A DNA stretch of 44,404 bases from a virus. Taxonomy: Duplodnaviria > Caudoviricetes. A model generated the notes under the pieces. That model was not told where the DNA came from and searched no databases. It was given only the letters and a program-made list of their open reading frames with translations. The stretch spans positions 1 to 44,404 of the IMG/VR virus record IMGVR_UViG_3300042502_000072; one strand, given 5' to 3'. The number at the start of each line of letters is the position of its first letter. Within the stretch, counting starts at the first letter, position 1. This document shows, piece by piece, positions 7,676-17,900 of the stretch. The translations under genes and the position numbers were made by a program.

Positions 7676-10600
7676 TAAACTTCCATCAGTAACGTCGGAT
7701 ATCCCCCGCGACCTACGCACGTTTATTGACCGTGTTCGGGAGCTTATTACGAGCGATGGCGATAACCGTTTTGTAACTGCTAGGGAGTTAATTGCAGGTG
7801 GTGTTGTTGATCCGGGAAACGGTGGCACTGTTGTTAAACCCGGCGTTAGGTTAATTGGAACTTCGCCTGCGCCAACAAACGTAACCGCATCTGCTGCTAT
7901 TCAGAACATTATTATTTCGTGGGATAACCCGCAGTACTTCGGCCACTCGCATGCTGAGATTTGGGGTAACTCCACAGACGCTATTGGCACGGCTGTTTTG
8001 ATTGGTCTTTCTCCCGGTGCGATCTATGTTGACTCTGTGGGGCCTAGTGTCTCTCGTTACTACTGGGTTCGGTTTGTTAATACGCTAGACGTTATTGGCC
8101 CCTATAACAGTATCAACGGAACGTTAGCTACAACCGGCGCTGCTGTATCTTATTTGCTAACCACTCTGGCTGGCAGCATAACTTCATCACAACTTGCTAC
8201 GTCGCTTAATAGCCGTATTAACTTAATTGATGGCCCTGCTGGAACACCCGGCACTATCCCCAATCAGTTAGCTCAGATTCAAGGTCAGATTGACACGATC
8301 AATACGTACCCAACGTACGACAACGGGACTACTTACGCAACAGACTTTATTGTTAAGTACAACGGCGGTTTGTATAAAGCTCTAAGTTCTACAACTGGTA
8401 ACCTTCCGACCAACGCAACGTATTGGTTAAAGATCGGAGACTACTCGTCTCTTGCGGATATTGTTGCTGCTCACACCGCAGACATAGCTACGATTACAAC
8501 TAATTTGGGCGCGGAAGTTACTGCAAGAGAAACTCTTGCAACGCAAATGCGCGGGACTTATACCGGCACAGACATTACCAGTGTAACTACTGGCCTTATC
8601 TTCTCAGAAAAGACTGCACGGGCAACGGCTGACTCTGGTTTAGCGTCTTCAATTTCGTCTGTTTCTGCAACGGCGTCTAGCAAAAATACAATTTACCGGA
8701 CTACTACCGCTCCTGCGACTCCTGCGTTAAACGACATTTGGGTGGATATCAAACCCAGTTATGCCATCCCTTACTTTGATGAAGACTATGCGGTAGCTCG
8801 CAACAATCAATACCAATGGAACGGCACGGCTTGGGTTGACATTACCCTTACGGATATTACAGATAACTTTGCGTTAATCGTTAACGAGCAGACTGCACGG
8901 GCTACCGCTGATGCAGCGATTGCTTCCGATGTCACTACGCTTGAAACGTCAGTGAATGACCCAGTGACTGGTCTTGTGGCAACGCGGGCTACGCTGATTA
9001 ACGATTACTCGACTACGTCTACAGTTAACACAGCCATTGCCAATAGCAAAACCGTTCTTCGTGCGTACACGGATGTATCTGCGTCCCGAACATTTAGACA
9101 AGTTTCTGCACCTACAAAGCGCGGTGTGGATGCATCCACCAGTGCTGATATTCCATTGCAACTTGGAGACGTTTGGATTGATTTAGATGACCAGAACAAG
9201 TTGTACCAGTGGTCTGGCACTGCATGGGTGTACTCGCCTGACGGAGTTATTACGGGCTCTGTGACTTCGTTGACTGCAACACTGACAAACGACTATCTAA
9301 CGCAGACTGATACTGAGAGCGCTATTGCCCAGAGCGGTACGTTCCTACGTGCGTATGCAAGCATTCAGTCTAAAGTATTTCGTCAAGCTGACGCGCCAAC
9401 CATCCGTGGTGTTGATCCACAAACTGCAGGCAACATTGCCTTGGTAAATGGTGATGTTTGGTACGACACAAATGATAGTAATAAGTTGTATCTCTGGTCT
9501 GGCACAGCTTGGGTCTATTCTCCAGATGCAGTCATCACAGGTTCCGTTACTGCAGTAGATGCTCGAGTTACGACTGTTGAATCCACAAAGATTGGTTACT
9601 GCGCGATTGGCGGCGTTGCAACTGACGACACAACTAAAGCAACTTGCGAAGCCGCAGGCGGCACATGGACAGTCGGCTTACCCTTGGCAACTGCTGTTAA
9701 ACAAGTTAGTGTCAGCGATGGAACTGCGTCAGCTAGTTTAGAGCAACGGTTTACTGCGCAAAAGACGCTTAACGATGGACTTCAAGCCCAATACACCATC
9801 AAGCTGGACGTTAACGGCAACGTGGCAGGCTACGGTATTTACAGCGATGCAGTCGGTAATTCACAGTTCATTGCGAACGTAAATCGCTTTGCGGTCACAA
9901 CGCCAGAGACATCTATTGCCCTTAGAGCTGTTTCTACAACATACGCTGTTGGCGCTATTGCTCGAGTATCTACCGAGGGAAGTAAAACTCTTGTTTGTAA
10001 AGTTGGTGGTACGACCGGTACAGGGGCGTTAACGGTTGGCGCTATCGGCACTAAGATTTTAGACGGCACAGTTACGTGGCAGGTAGCTAGCCGAGTTCCG
10101 TTTGCAGTGCAGGCAGTGCCTACTTCCATTGGTGGTGTCAGTGTCCCATCCGGTGTGTATATTGATGCGGCTTATGTTTTAAATGCCACGATCCAGAATG
10201 CTCAGATTGCTGATGCTGCTATTGATAACGCAAAAATTGTTGACTTAAGCGCGGCTAAACTTTTGACTGGTGCTATCAGTGTTGGCACAGATATTTACTC
10301 TACAAATTTTGTTGCTGGCTCGCAAGGCTGGATAATTCGTGGAGATGGTACGGCTGAAGTTGGTGCTGCTGTTATTCGGGGTCAGTTGACTGCTGCACAG
10401 ATTAATTCAAATGGTTTATCTATTCGCGACGCCGACGGTAACACAATTCTTAATGCAGGTAGCGGAGCATTTTCTGGCAATGTAACAGGTACCGTTTCAG
10501 GTACTGCTGCAAGTACTGTAGTAAGTAATGCAAGTACAGCTCTAGCCAATGCAAGTTCTGCTGCAAGTGATGCCGCCGATGCTTTGTCTGCTGCTGATGC

Positions 10601-11420
10601 TGCCGCAGCCGATGCCGCTGATGCGGTAGCCGGACTGTCTACAAAATTAAATTCTAACGCAAGAAACGTATTAGCAGGTTCGGGCGGCTTGGCTGTAGGC
10701 ACGCTTAACTGGAATTCTTCGGGTGTCCGTACCAGCGGTTACGGCATTGGGTTGACTGCAAATGGTTTGGTTGCTTACAACAGTGATGATGAAGCTACCT
10801 TTGTCCTAAACGGTTCTACAGGCGCTGCATCTTTTGCAGGCACGTTAACGGTTGGCTCTACCCCTGCCCTATCTGGCACAACGATGACTGGATCAGGCGC
10901 GAAGATTAACCCTAGCGGCACTTTTGCGTTAGGCAACTCAACGACTAACATTAACTACAACGGTACACAATTAACCCTTAATGGCGACGTTGTAGCAACC
11001 GGTAACATTAAAATTAATGCCGTCACAATTCCCGTGACTGTTACAGGCGCAGTCGATCAAGTTTTTACTTCAAGTACAAGCGTAAGTATAAAAACAGCGT
11101 TAACTTCATTTCCAGAAGATACTACGATTAGCGCGTTCTTTACTGCATTAAAAATAGATGCTGGCGCTGGAGATATTGAGGTTATTTTAAACGTATTAAA
11201 TTCCTCAAACACTTTGGTAGCTACATTTGCTGGGGCGTCTACTGGCAGATTGATTCAGACTATGGGGCCTACCAACGATAAAGTCACTGCTACTTTTACG
11301 GGAACATACGTAATTCCGGCAACTGGTTCTTATAAAGTCGAGGCTATTGTTACCAATCCGTATGGCGATAGCTGGAAAGCTGAGTACTGCACAATCATTG
11401 TGATCGGAAGTAAACGATGA
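7668..11420 (+). CDS. Tail fibre/host-specificity protein (FN3-like domain, 'GDVW.D' repeats, J-like C-terminal region)
   Basis: GTG start after GAGGAG; 'YYWVRFVN', 'QYTIKLDVNGNVAGYG', 'IQNAQIADAAIDNAKI'; internal repeats. Confidence 0.8.
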   Translation: MSNKLPSVTSDIPRDLRTFIDRVRELITSDGDNRFVTARELIAGGVVDPGNGGTVVKPGVRLIGTSPAPTNVTASAAIQNIIISWDNPQYFGHSHAEIWGNSTDAIGTAVLIGLSPGAIYVDSVGPSVSRYYWVRFVNTLDVIGPYNSINGTLATTGAAVSYLLTTLAGSITSSQLATSLNSRINLIDGPAGTPGTIPNQLAQIQGQIDTINTYPTYDNGTTYATDFIVKYNGGLYKALSSTTGNLPTNATYWLKIGDYSSLADIVAAHTADIATITTNLGAEVTARETLATQMRGTYTGTDITSVTTGLIFSEKTARATADSGLASSISSVSATASSKNTIYRTTTAPATPALNDIWVDIKPSYAIPYFDEDYAVARNNQYQWNGTAWVDITLTDITDNFALIVNEQTARATADAAIASDVTTLETSVNDPVTGLVATRATLINDYSTTSTVNTAIANSKTVLRAYTDVSASRTFRQVSAPTKRGVDASTSADIPLQLGDVWIDLDDQNKLYQWSGTAWVYSPDGVITGSVTSLTATLTNDYLTQTDTESAIAQSGTFLRAYASIQSKVFRQADAPTIRGVDPQTAGNIALVNGDVWYDTNDSNKLYLWSGTAWVYSPDAVITGSVTAVDARVTTVESTKIGYCAIGGVATDDTTKATCEAAGGTWTVGLPLATAVKQVSVSDGTASASLEQRFTAQKTLNDGLQAQYTIKLDVNGNVAGYGIYSDAVGNSQFIANVNRFAVTTPETSIALRAVSTTYAVGAIARVSTEGSKTLVCKVGGTTGTGALTVGAIGTKILDGTVTWQVASRVPFAVQAVPTSIGGVSVPSGVYIDAAYVLNATIQNAQIADAAIDNAKIVDLSAAKLLTGAISVGTDIYSTNFVAGSQGWIIRGDGTAEVGAAVIRGQLTAAQINSNGLSIRDADGNTILNAGSGAFSGNVTGTVSGTAASTVVSNASTALANASSAASDAADALSAADAAAADAADAVAGLSTKLNSNARNVLAGSGGLAVGTLNWNSSGVRTSGYGIGLTANGLVAYNSDDEATFVLNGSTGAASFAGTLTVGSTPALSGTTMTGSGAKINPSGTFALGNSTTNINYNGTQLTLNGDVVATGNIKINAVTIPVTVTGAVDQVFTSSTSVSIKTALTSFPEDTTISAFFTALKIDAGAGDIEVILNVLNSSNTLVATFAGASTGRLIQTMGPTNDKVTATFTGTYVIPATGSYKVEAIVTNPYGDSWKAEYCTIIVIGSKR

Positions 11421-11845
11421 AATCTTATGCTTGCTATGAACCTAGTGGTCAGTACATTGTTTCTGGTACCTGCGAAAGTGACTTAACAGAATATGACATT
11501 CCTGACGGGTGCTCTGTGTACTACGGCGAGGTTAGCATTGTTACGCAATATCATAATATTGCAGCGGATACTCCGGCTGAAAAGGGTACGCCTCCCGCCG
11601 ACGGCTACACATTCAACTACACGACCAAGTCGTGGGAGCCTGATACAACATACTTGATTTACAAGATTGGCGTTGTTCGGCTACAAAAGTTACAAGAATC
11701 TGACTGGACTGACACCGCGTCCGCGCCTACCCGCCTTGGTCAAACTTTGTACGCCCAGTGGCAGACTTACCGCCAAGCTTTGCGCGATGTTCCAACACAA
11801 TCGGGATATCCTGTCAATGTGGTATGGCCAACTCCGCCACAATAA
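11417..11845 (+). CDS. Tail fibre assembly chaperone
   Basis: 'LQESDWT...WQTYRQALRDVP...YPVNVVWPTPP' signature. Confidence 0.88.
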   Translation: MKSYACYEPSGQYIVSGTCESDLTEYDIPDGCSVYYGEVSIVTQYHNIAADTPAEKGTPPADGYTFNYTTKSWEPDTTYLIYKIGVVRLQKLQESDWTDTASAPTRLGQTLYAQWQTYRQALRDVPTQSGYPVNVVWPTPPQ

Positions 11846-11853
11846 GACATAAT
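11825..11853 (+). promoter_or_regulatory. Possible sigma70-like promoter giving a leaderless GNAT mRNA
   Basis: TGGCCA-17 nt-CATAAT; ATG 11860 falls at the expected +1; no SD. Confidence 0.3.
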
Positions 11854-11859
11854 ACGCAC

Positions 11860-12276
11860 ATGGCAGAACTCGTCTTTGACCAGAAAGAACGTATAGGGAA
11901 CTGGGTAGCCGAACAGACAGGGCAAGACTCCAGTTGGGGTTCTTTTTATGCCTTGGGCGTTATTCGTGGAGAAGATGTTATTGCAGGAGTAGTCATCAAT
12001 AACTACAATGGATCAAATGCTACATGTCACATTGCTGTTGCTCAACACACAAAACTTCTTGTGCCGTTGTTCCATCACGTCTGTGACTACGCGTTTAACC
12101 ACTGTAAATTGAAACGATTGACCGGCATGGTACCCACAAATGAACCCTCGATTATTGCGTTTGACAAGCATCTTGGGTTTGAGGAAGAGTTTGTAATGAA
12201 AGACGGCGCACCCGGCGCTGATATGCAGATTTTGGTAATGCGGCCCGACAACTGTCGATGGCTGCGCAAGGAGTAA
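11860..12276 (+). CDS. GNAT-family acetyltransferase-like virion-associated protein
   Basis: 'DYAFNHCKLKRLTGMV..N..IIAFDKHLGFEEE' RimJ/RimL-like motif; located before the ejection proteins. Confidence 0.8.
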   Translation: MAELVFDQKERIGNWVAEQTGQDSSWGSFYALGVIRGEDVIAGVVINNYNGSNATCHIAVAQHTKLLVPLFHHVCDYAFNHCKLKRLTGMVPTNEPSIIAFDKHLGFEEEFVMKDGAPGADMQILVMRPDNCRWLRKE

Positions 12277-12278
12277 AT

Positions 12279-13229
12279 ATGGGCGGAAAATCGCAACCAG
12301 CACCAGACTACACCCCAATGCAACAGATTGGGCGTGAGCAGTTAGACTTTGCTAAACAACAATACGCAGAGATGGCTCCACTTGCTCGTCAAGTAGCCGC
12401 TCAACAAATGGCCGCTCAGCAGCAACAGATGCGACAAGGTCAGGACTATTACGACTACCAACAGCAAACGTTTAGGCCGCTAGAGCAGGGGCTTGTTCGA
12501 GACGCTGAACGATTTAATACCGAGAACTACCGAGAAACTTTAGCTCGCGATGCAGCCGCAGCCGCTGGCCGAGCCTTTGGTACAACTCAAGCAGCCTCCC
12601 AACGAGCCCAAGCTTCTATGGGGGTAAACCCTGCCTCTGGTCGGGCAATGTCAATGGCTAACCAATCTAATCTTGGCCTTGCTGCTAATCGTGCCAATGC
12701 TATGACAGGTGCTCGTAACCAAGCTGAACAGATCGGATTTGCTCGTCGTCTTGACGTTACAGGTCTTGGCCGTAATCTAGCTGGCGCTTCTACCGCTGCC
12801 TACCAAGGGGCAAATGCTGCAGGTTCTGCTGGCGTCAATACATCTATGGCTCCCGGTTCACAGTACCAGCAAGGTATGCAGCAATCAGGACAAACCTACG
12901 GCAATATTCTTAGTAACCAGACTAGCCAGTTTAATACTGGTCTTAATGCTGAAGGTCAGGTTATTGGCGCATTGGTAGGTGCAGGTACAACTTACGGCCT
13001 TTCAAAATCTGATCGTCGCCTTAAAGAGAACATTGAGGAAGTTGGCCGAGACGAGCGCACGATGTTGCCGCTTTATGAGTTTGAATACATTGGCGGTTCT
13101 GGCAAACGCTACCTCGGTGTGATGGCTGACGATGTAAAAGCTCGTTACCCTGAAATGGTTGTCACAATGCCTGACGGCTACGACGCTGTTAACTACGCCG
13201 GTTTAGGCATCGAAATGGTGGAGGTTTAA
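12279..13229 (+). CDS. Ejection/pilot-type internal virion protein with C-terminal S74 chaperone domain
   Basis: AAGGAG SD; MGGKSQPAPDY start; Gln/Ala/Gly-rich helical body; 'SDRRLKENI...GVMADDV...DGYDAVNY'. Confidence 0.75.
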   Translation: MGGKSQPAPDYTPMQQIGREQLDFAKQQYAEMAPLARQVAAQQMAAQQQQMRQGQDYYDYQQQTFRPLEQGLVRDAERFNTENYRETLARDAAAAAGRAFGTTQAASQRAQASMGVNPASGRAMSMANQSNLGLAANRANAMTGARNQAEQIGFARRLDVTGLGRNLAGASTAAYQGANAAGSAGVNTSMAPGSQYQQGMQQSGQTYGNILSNQTSQFNTGLNAEGQVIGALVGAGTTYGLSKSDRRLKENIEEVGRDERTMLPLYEFEYIGGSGKRYLGVMADDVKARYPEMVVTMPDGYDAVNYAGLGIEMVEV

Positions 13230-13230
13230 T

Positions 13231-14940
13231 ATGGGTTTCGCATCAGGATTCCAAGTTGGAGCACAAGCAGTTGAGCGCGGTCTTAGGATGCGTGATGAGA
13301 ACGAACAACGCGAACGTATAAAAGCAGCTATGGGGTTGACAGCGCAAGAAGTTGAACAACGTCAAGCAACGCCAGATGAACTAGGGCGAGCACGCGCCGA
13401 AGCTCAAGCAATGGCAGCGCAAGACGCTGAAGTTTTTGGGTTAACACCTCAAGAACAAGTTTCTTACGCTCCGCAAATGCCAGTAGAAGGCCAACGTATT
13501 GGTTTAAATCGTTATCAAGTTGGTCAACAAAGTTTTGACCGGATGCCTACTCAAAACGAACTAGAAGCTGTTCGTTACGGCGCTGCTGCAAATATTCTTG
13601 CCGAACGCGATCCTGTTGCTGCGCAACGTATGCGCCGAGAACTTCAAATAGCAAAACAACAAGACGAACTATACCCACTTCAAAAACAGCAACTAGAAGG
13701 TGCTCTTGCCGGTCAAGCTCAAGAACGCGATCTTAAGGGTATTCAACTTAAAGGTCTTACACGTATTGAAGCAGAGGCAGCGCAAGCTACTAACTTTGCT
13801 AATTTTGCTGCCGAACGTCCTGACGCTCCAATAGCAGAACTAAAAGAAGCTGCATTTAAACAGTTTAAATTTACCCCCAAGCAGTGGCAAGACACTGTAA
13901 CTACACGTCTTGGTATTGAAAACGCTGAGATGGACAGCTTTAAAAACGGGATTAAGAAAAAGCTGCAAGGCAAAAACCTTACTCAGCTTGGCTCGCTCTA
14001 CAACTCTGATCCCGACTTTGACGACAAAACTGATTTGGCCATTGTGCCCGGTAAAGGCGGCGCGGTTACTTTAAATTTTATTGACAAGGCTACTAAGAAA
14101 ATTACAGGAACTCAGACGTTTAAGAACGACGCACAGGCTGTGGAGTACCTAAACAGACAAGCTACCGAACCTGAGACCATTGGTTCTTGGATGCTTAACC
14201 TTGGCAAAACAGAAGCAGCCATTGCTGCATCTAAAGCCGCTTCTGCTGCTTCTGCGTCTACGTCTGGGCTCAATGCAATTCGTGGTAATTTAGTCAATAG
14301 ACAAATAAAAGATTTGGACGAAACCGCAGCAAGCACCAAAGAAGCTAAAAAGCTGATGACAGACTTTGCAGCGCTTACAGAAGCTGAACAGAACGGCCCC
14401 AAAGGCAGAGCTCTTGAGAAACAGTACAACATGCTGGTTGCAAAACCCGGCGCTCAACTTCGTGTTTCTCCTGAAGGCAAAGCTCCTAGAGCTATGGATG
14501 AAGTAGAAAAAGAACAACTTAAAGCCTATAACGAGTGGCTGGCTGCGCCCCGCAACGCCCGTTTGTCTGGTGGTGAAAAAGACGCTATGGCCGAACAGAT
14601 GGGCGTTAGCCACCTTCTTCGCACTGTGCGGGAACGTGCGGCGCAATCGTCTGGTGGTGTTACCTTGGGCGGTGACGCCTACGCCGCAGATCGAGATGCT
14701 CCTGCCGCCCCTGCTCCAACAAAGCAAGGGCTAACTAAAACTTCTTCTGCCCCTGCATTAAACACAGGTAATACAAAACTTCTAGGTCGTGCTGGTAACT
14801 CGGGCTACAGCGTTGAAATGCCAGACGGCACAACAAGAGTTATGTCCATCAGTGAATTAAACAAATTAGGCTATCAGTTCTTAGGCGGTAATACAGGGTT
14901 AGAGAGACCTTGGTATGATGACTTACTGCCACGTCGATAA
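13231..14940 (+). CDS. Internal virion (ejection) protein
   Basis: GGAGG SD; 'MGFASGFQVG' start; long helical Ala/Gln/Glu-rich protein between other ejection genes. Confidence 0.65.
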   Translation: MGFASGFQVGAQAVERGLRMRDENEQRERIKAAMGLTAQEVEQRQATPDELGRARAEAQAMAAQDAEVFGLTPQEQVSYAPQMPVEGQRIGLNRYQVGQQSFDRMPTQNELEAVRYGAAANILAERDPVAAQRMRRELQIAKQQDELYPLQKQQLEGALAGQAQERDLKGIQLKGLTRIEAEAAQATNFANFAAERPDAPIAELKEAAFKQFKFTPKQWQDTVTTRLGIENAEMDSFKNGIKKKLQGKNLTQLGSLYNSDPDFDDKTDLAIVPGKGGAVTLNFIDKATKKITGTQTFKNDAQAVEYLNRQATEPETIGSWMLNLGKTEAAIAASKAASAASASTSGLNAIRGNLVNRQIKDLDETAASTKEAKKLMTDFAALTEAEQNGPKGRALEKQYNMLVAKPGAQLRVSPEGKAPRAMDEVEKEQLKAYNEWLAAPRNARLSGGEKDAMAEQMGVSHLLRTVRERAAQSSGGVTLGGDAYAADRDAPAAPAPTKQGLTKTSSAPALNTGNTKLLGRAGNSGYSVEMPDGTTRVMSISELNKLGYQFLGGNTGLERPWYDDLLPRR

Positions 14941-14952
14941 TCTGGAGCGACA

Positions 14953-17900
14953 ATGCCGATTTATAACCTTGAAGACTTGCGGGCGGCAGTGCCGTCCTCC
15001 ATGCGTGACCTGTCTGACGACGAGTTAATCCGAGACTACGCAGGGCGCGTTGGCAAGAGTTTTGAGTCTACGGCAAGCTACTTAGGCTTTAAACCTCGTG
15101 GTACGCTAGCGGAGATGGGTCGTCAGGCTATGGGCGGTGCAGTAGTCGATCTGCCCAAGATGGTCGGCCAAGGGCTTGAATACACTGGCGTTGCTCCCGC
15201 GTATGGTCGTGAAATGTCGCAAGCGGCAGAAGCCCGTGCTCCTGCATATATTCCCGATAACCGTAGTCGGGGGCTTGTCAGCGAGGCACTTACTACAGGT
15301 GCTCGTGGGTTGGCTCCTGTTGCAGCTACCTTACCTTTAGCTTTTGTTCCCGGTGGGCAAGTCGTTGCCCCCGCGGCGGCGGCGTTATTGTTCGGCACAT
15401 CGTCTGCGCAAGGAACTTACGACAAAGTATTAGAGCAAACTGGTGATCCTCAAGCAGCAACAGAGGCTGCTCGCCGTGTTGGTCTAATTCAAGGTGTTGG
15501 TGAAGGTGCCGCTACATTCGTTGGCGGTCGCGCTATTAAAGGATTGTCCCCATTGTTGGGCATGGGTGAACGCACTACGGCTGGCGTTGCGGCAAGGATG
15601 ACTGATACCAGTGTCCTGAAGCCTTTTGCAAAAAGCATGGGTATCAACATGCTAGTGCAGCCCAGTACTGAGGTTGCTCAAGATTTAGGCACATACGCGG
15701 TTGAACGCGCCTACGGCGCGGCAGGAGACGAAAACCCCTATGAGATTGCACGGCAGTCAGCGTTAGGCGGTGCGGGTCTGACAATGTTGCTTGGCCCATT
15801 TGCACTGGGTGGTCATGCGTCGCGTGCTCGACGAGCAGAATCTTTAAAGGCCGCGTTGGGCGAAGACGCTCCTCCTGAAATCCGCGCACAGGCGTTTGAA
15901 GCTGTGATGAAGGAAGCCCGCAGACAAAATGTTCCTGAGACAAACGTTGGTGCATGGTTTACAGAGCAGTTATCTCTTGAAGAACAACGTAACGCCGCCT
16001 TAAAATCTCTTGAAGAAGCACCTAAAGACCTGACACAAACACAGGCAGATGTTGATGGGCGTAAACTTTCTGAAGTAGATACGCAAGCTGAGTTTGACAA
16101 ACGGATGGCTGCTGGGCGTCCAATGTCTGAGGCCGATGCATCGAAACGTTTGTCTTCGTTCATGGCCGCGCAAGACGTCGGCGGGCAATACCAAGATTTG
16201 CTAGCACGCAAAGAACAAGGTCTAGAAGCCGTTAAGGAAGTTGGTAAAAGTTGGCAAAACTTTGTTGGTAAGCGCGGCGACCAGTTGCTGAACATTCAAG
16301 ATGTAGGCGACCAAGCCCGTGGCCTTGTCAGCGATCTAGAGGCAGAAGCCAACCAACAAGAGGCTCCGCTTGCGCAAGCAATGCAACTTGGTACCGCAGT
16401 ACAAGCCATGTTTGATGCCCAACAAGGTGTTGGAACAAAGACAGACTTTGACCGAATCATGAACCCAGATGTGATGCAACCCATCACGCCTGCAGAAGTT
16501 CAACCCATTGCTCGCACATCCCTTGTGCCACCACGTTCCGCTCCGTTCAGTAATATGCGTTTGGACAGACCGGGCCCCCAAGAGTCACTCACTGGGCCTA
16601 CAAGCCAACTTTCAGAGCGTCCTATTGCCGTTGCTCCTTTGGGTGGTGAAGCTAAAGCCACCCCTTTGCCCTCCGCGCCCGCCGCGGAGGGCGTTTCTTC
16701 TACGCCCGTAACTACTCCCGTAACTACTCCTGTTATTCAAGATGGCACTAAAACCACTCAAGCCCAGCAAACAAAAACGAAAAAACAAAAAGCACCCATC
16801 ACCGTTGGATCAGTCGTAAAGATTAACGATACCGAGGTAACGCTTAGCCAAGAACAAGCTAATGCTTGGAATAAGGCACAGGAAACCTACGATGGCAGAA
16901 CCCGTCGTGCACGAGAGATAGCTAACTACCAAGACCGCGAAAGCGCTCTACGTAGTGCCGGTATGCAGTTGTCTGCAGAACGTAGAAAAATTACTGGGGC
17001 TTTGACTGCCAAAGAGCAGCAAGCCGCTAATCGCGTTGCTGACCGACAAACCGCGGAACAGAAAAAGCAAGACGAAATGGGCTTGACCGCGGCACTTCAG
17101 ACTGCGAATCGGACTAATGTTACAAACAATCCGTTGCAAGCTGGTGTAGAAGGCGTTGATAAGAAGGCCGTACCCGGCAAAACATCTTTAACTGTTAGCG
17201 CCTTACGAAACATCCGTGACGCGTTGCTGAACCCTTCTGCGACTGTCGAAGGCATTAGTGACAGAGAACAACAGATTGCTGACGCTGTGCGTGCGTTTGC
17301 AAAAGCGTATTACAAGTTTAGTAATGCTGGTGGCAATATGCTTCGCGGCATCCCTACCGAACGCGCAATTAAAGGCGAGAACGGCGAAACAATTTACAAG
17401 CCTACCAAACTGGCTAGCCAAACCCCTGCGCAACAACGTGGACAAATAAAGGCCAAAACTGGCCAACGCGTTGAGACAACACTAGAACAACTAAGAGAGA
17501 CTCGTGCCGCCCTTGCTGGTTTGGGTAAAGCAGTTAACGGCAACGCAAAAGATGTTGAAGCTATTGTCAAGCTTGTCAAAGATATGGTGCAACAGAAGTT
17601 GCATACTCAGACAACTGATGAAGGTATGAACGAAGACTTCGGCCAAGAGGGTGACGGTGGTGTAGCACAGGCATTTCTGAAGATGGATACCATGCTGTCA
17701 CAAGGTTGGAGAGCCGCCAAGGACAATATGTTCCAAGGCGAGTCTGACGCAGCTTTTGTTCGGCAAACACCGATTCGTGGTTCTAAAGAATCTACTGCCG
17801 CAGGTGAGACTCAAACCCCGCTAGAAAAAGCCGCTTTGGGTTATGCCAAGTTTGGCAAGGGGGAATCTTCTACTGGCATTCTTGGTTTGCTGAATTACAT

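Noticed and set aside
3-11420. Diversity-generating retroelement or invertible fibre cassette
   Set aside because: No reverse transcriptase or invertase, and no template/variable repeat pair differing only at adenines was seen
16705-16735. 12-bp tandem repeat encoding TPVTTPVTTPV
   Set aside because: Ordinary low-complexity linker expansion
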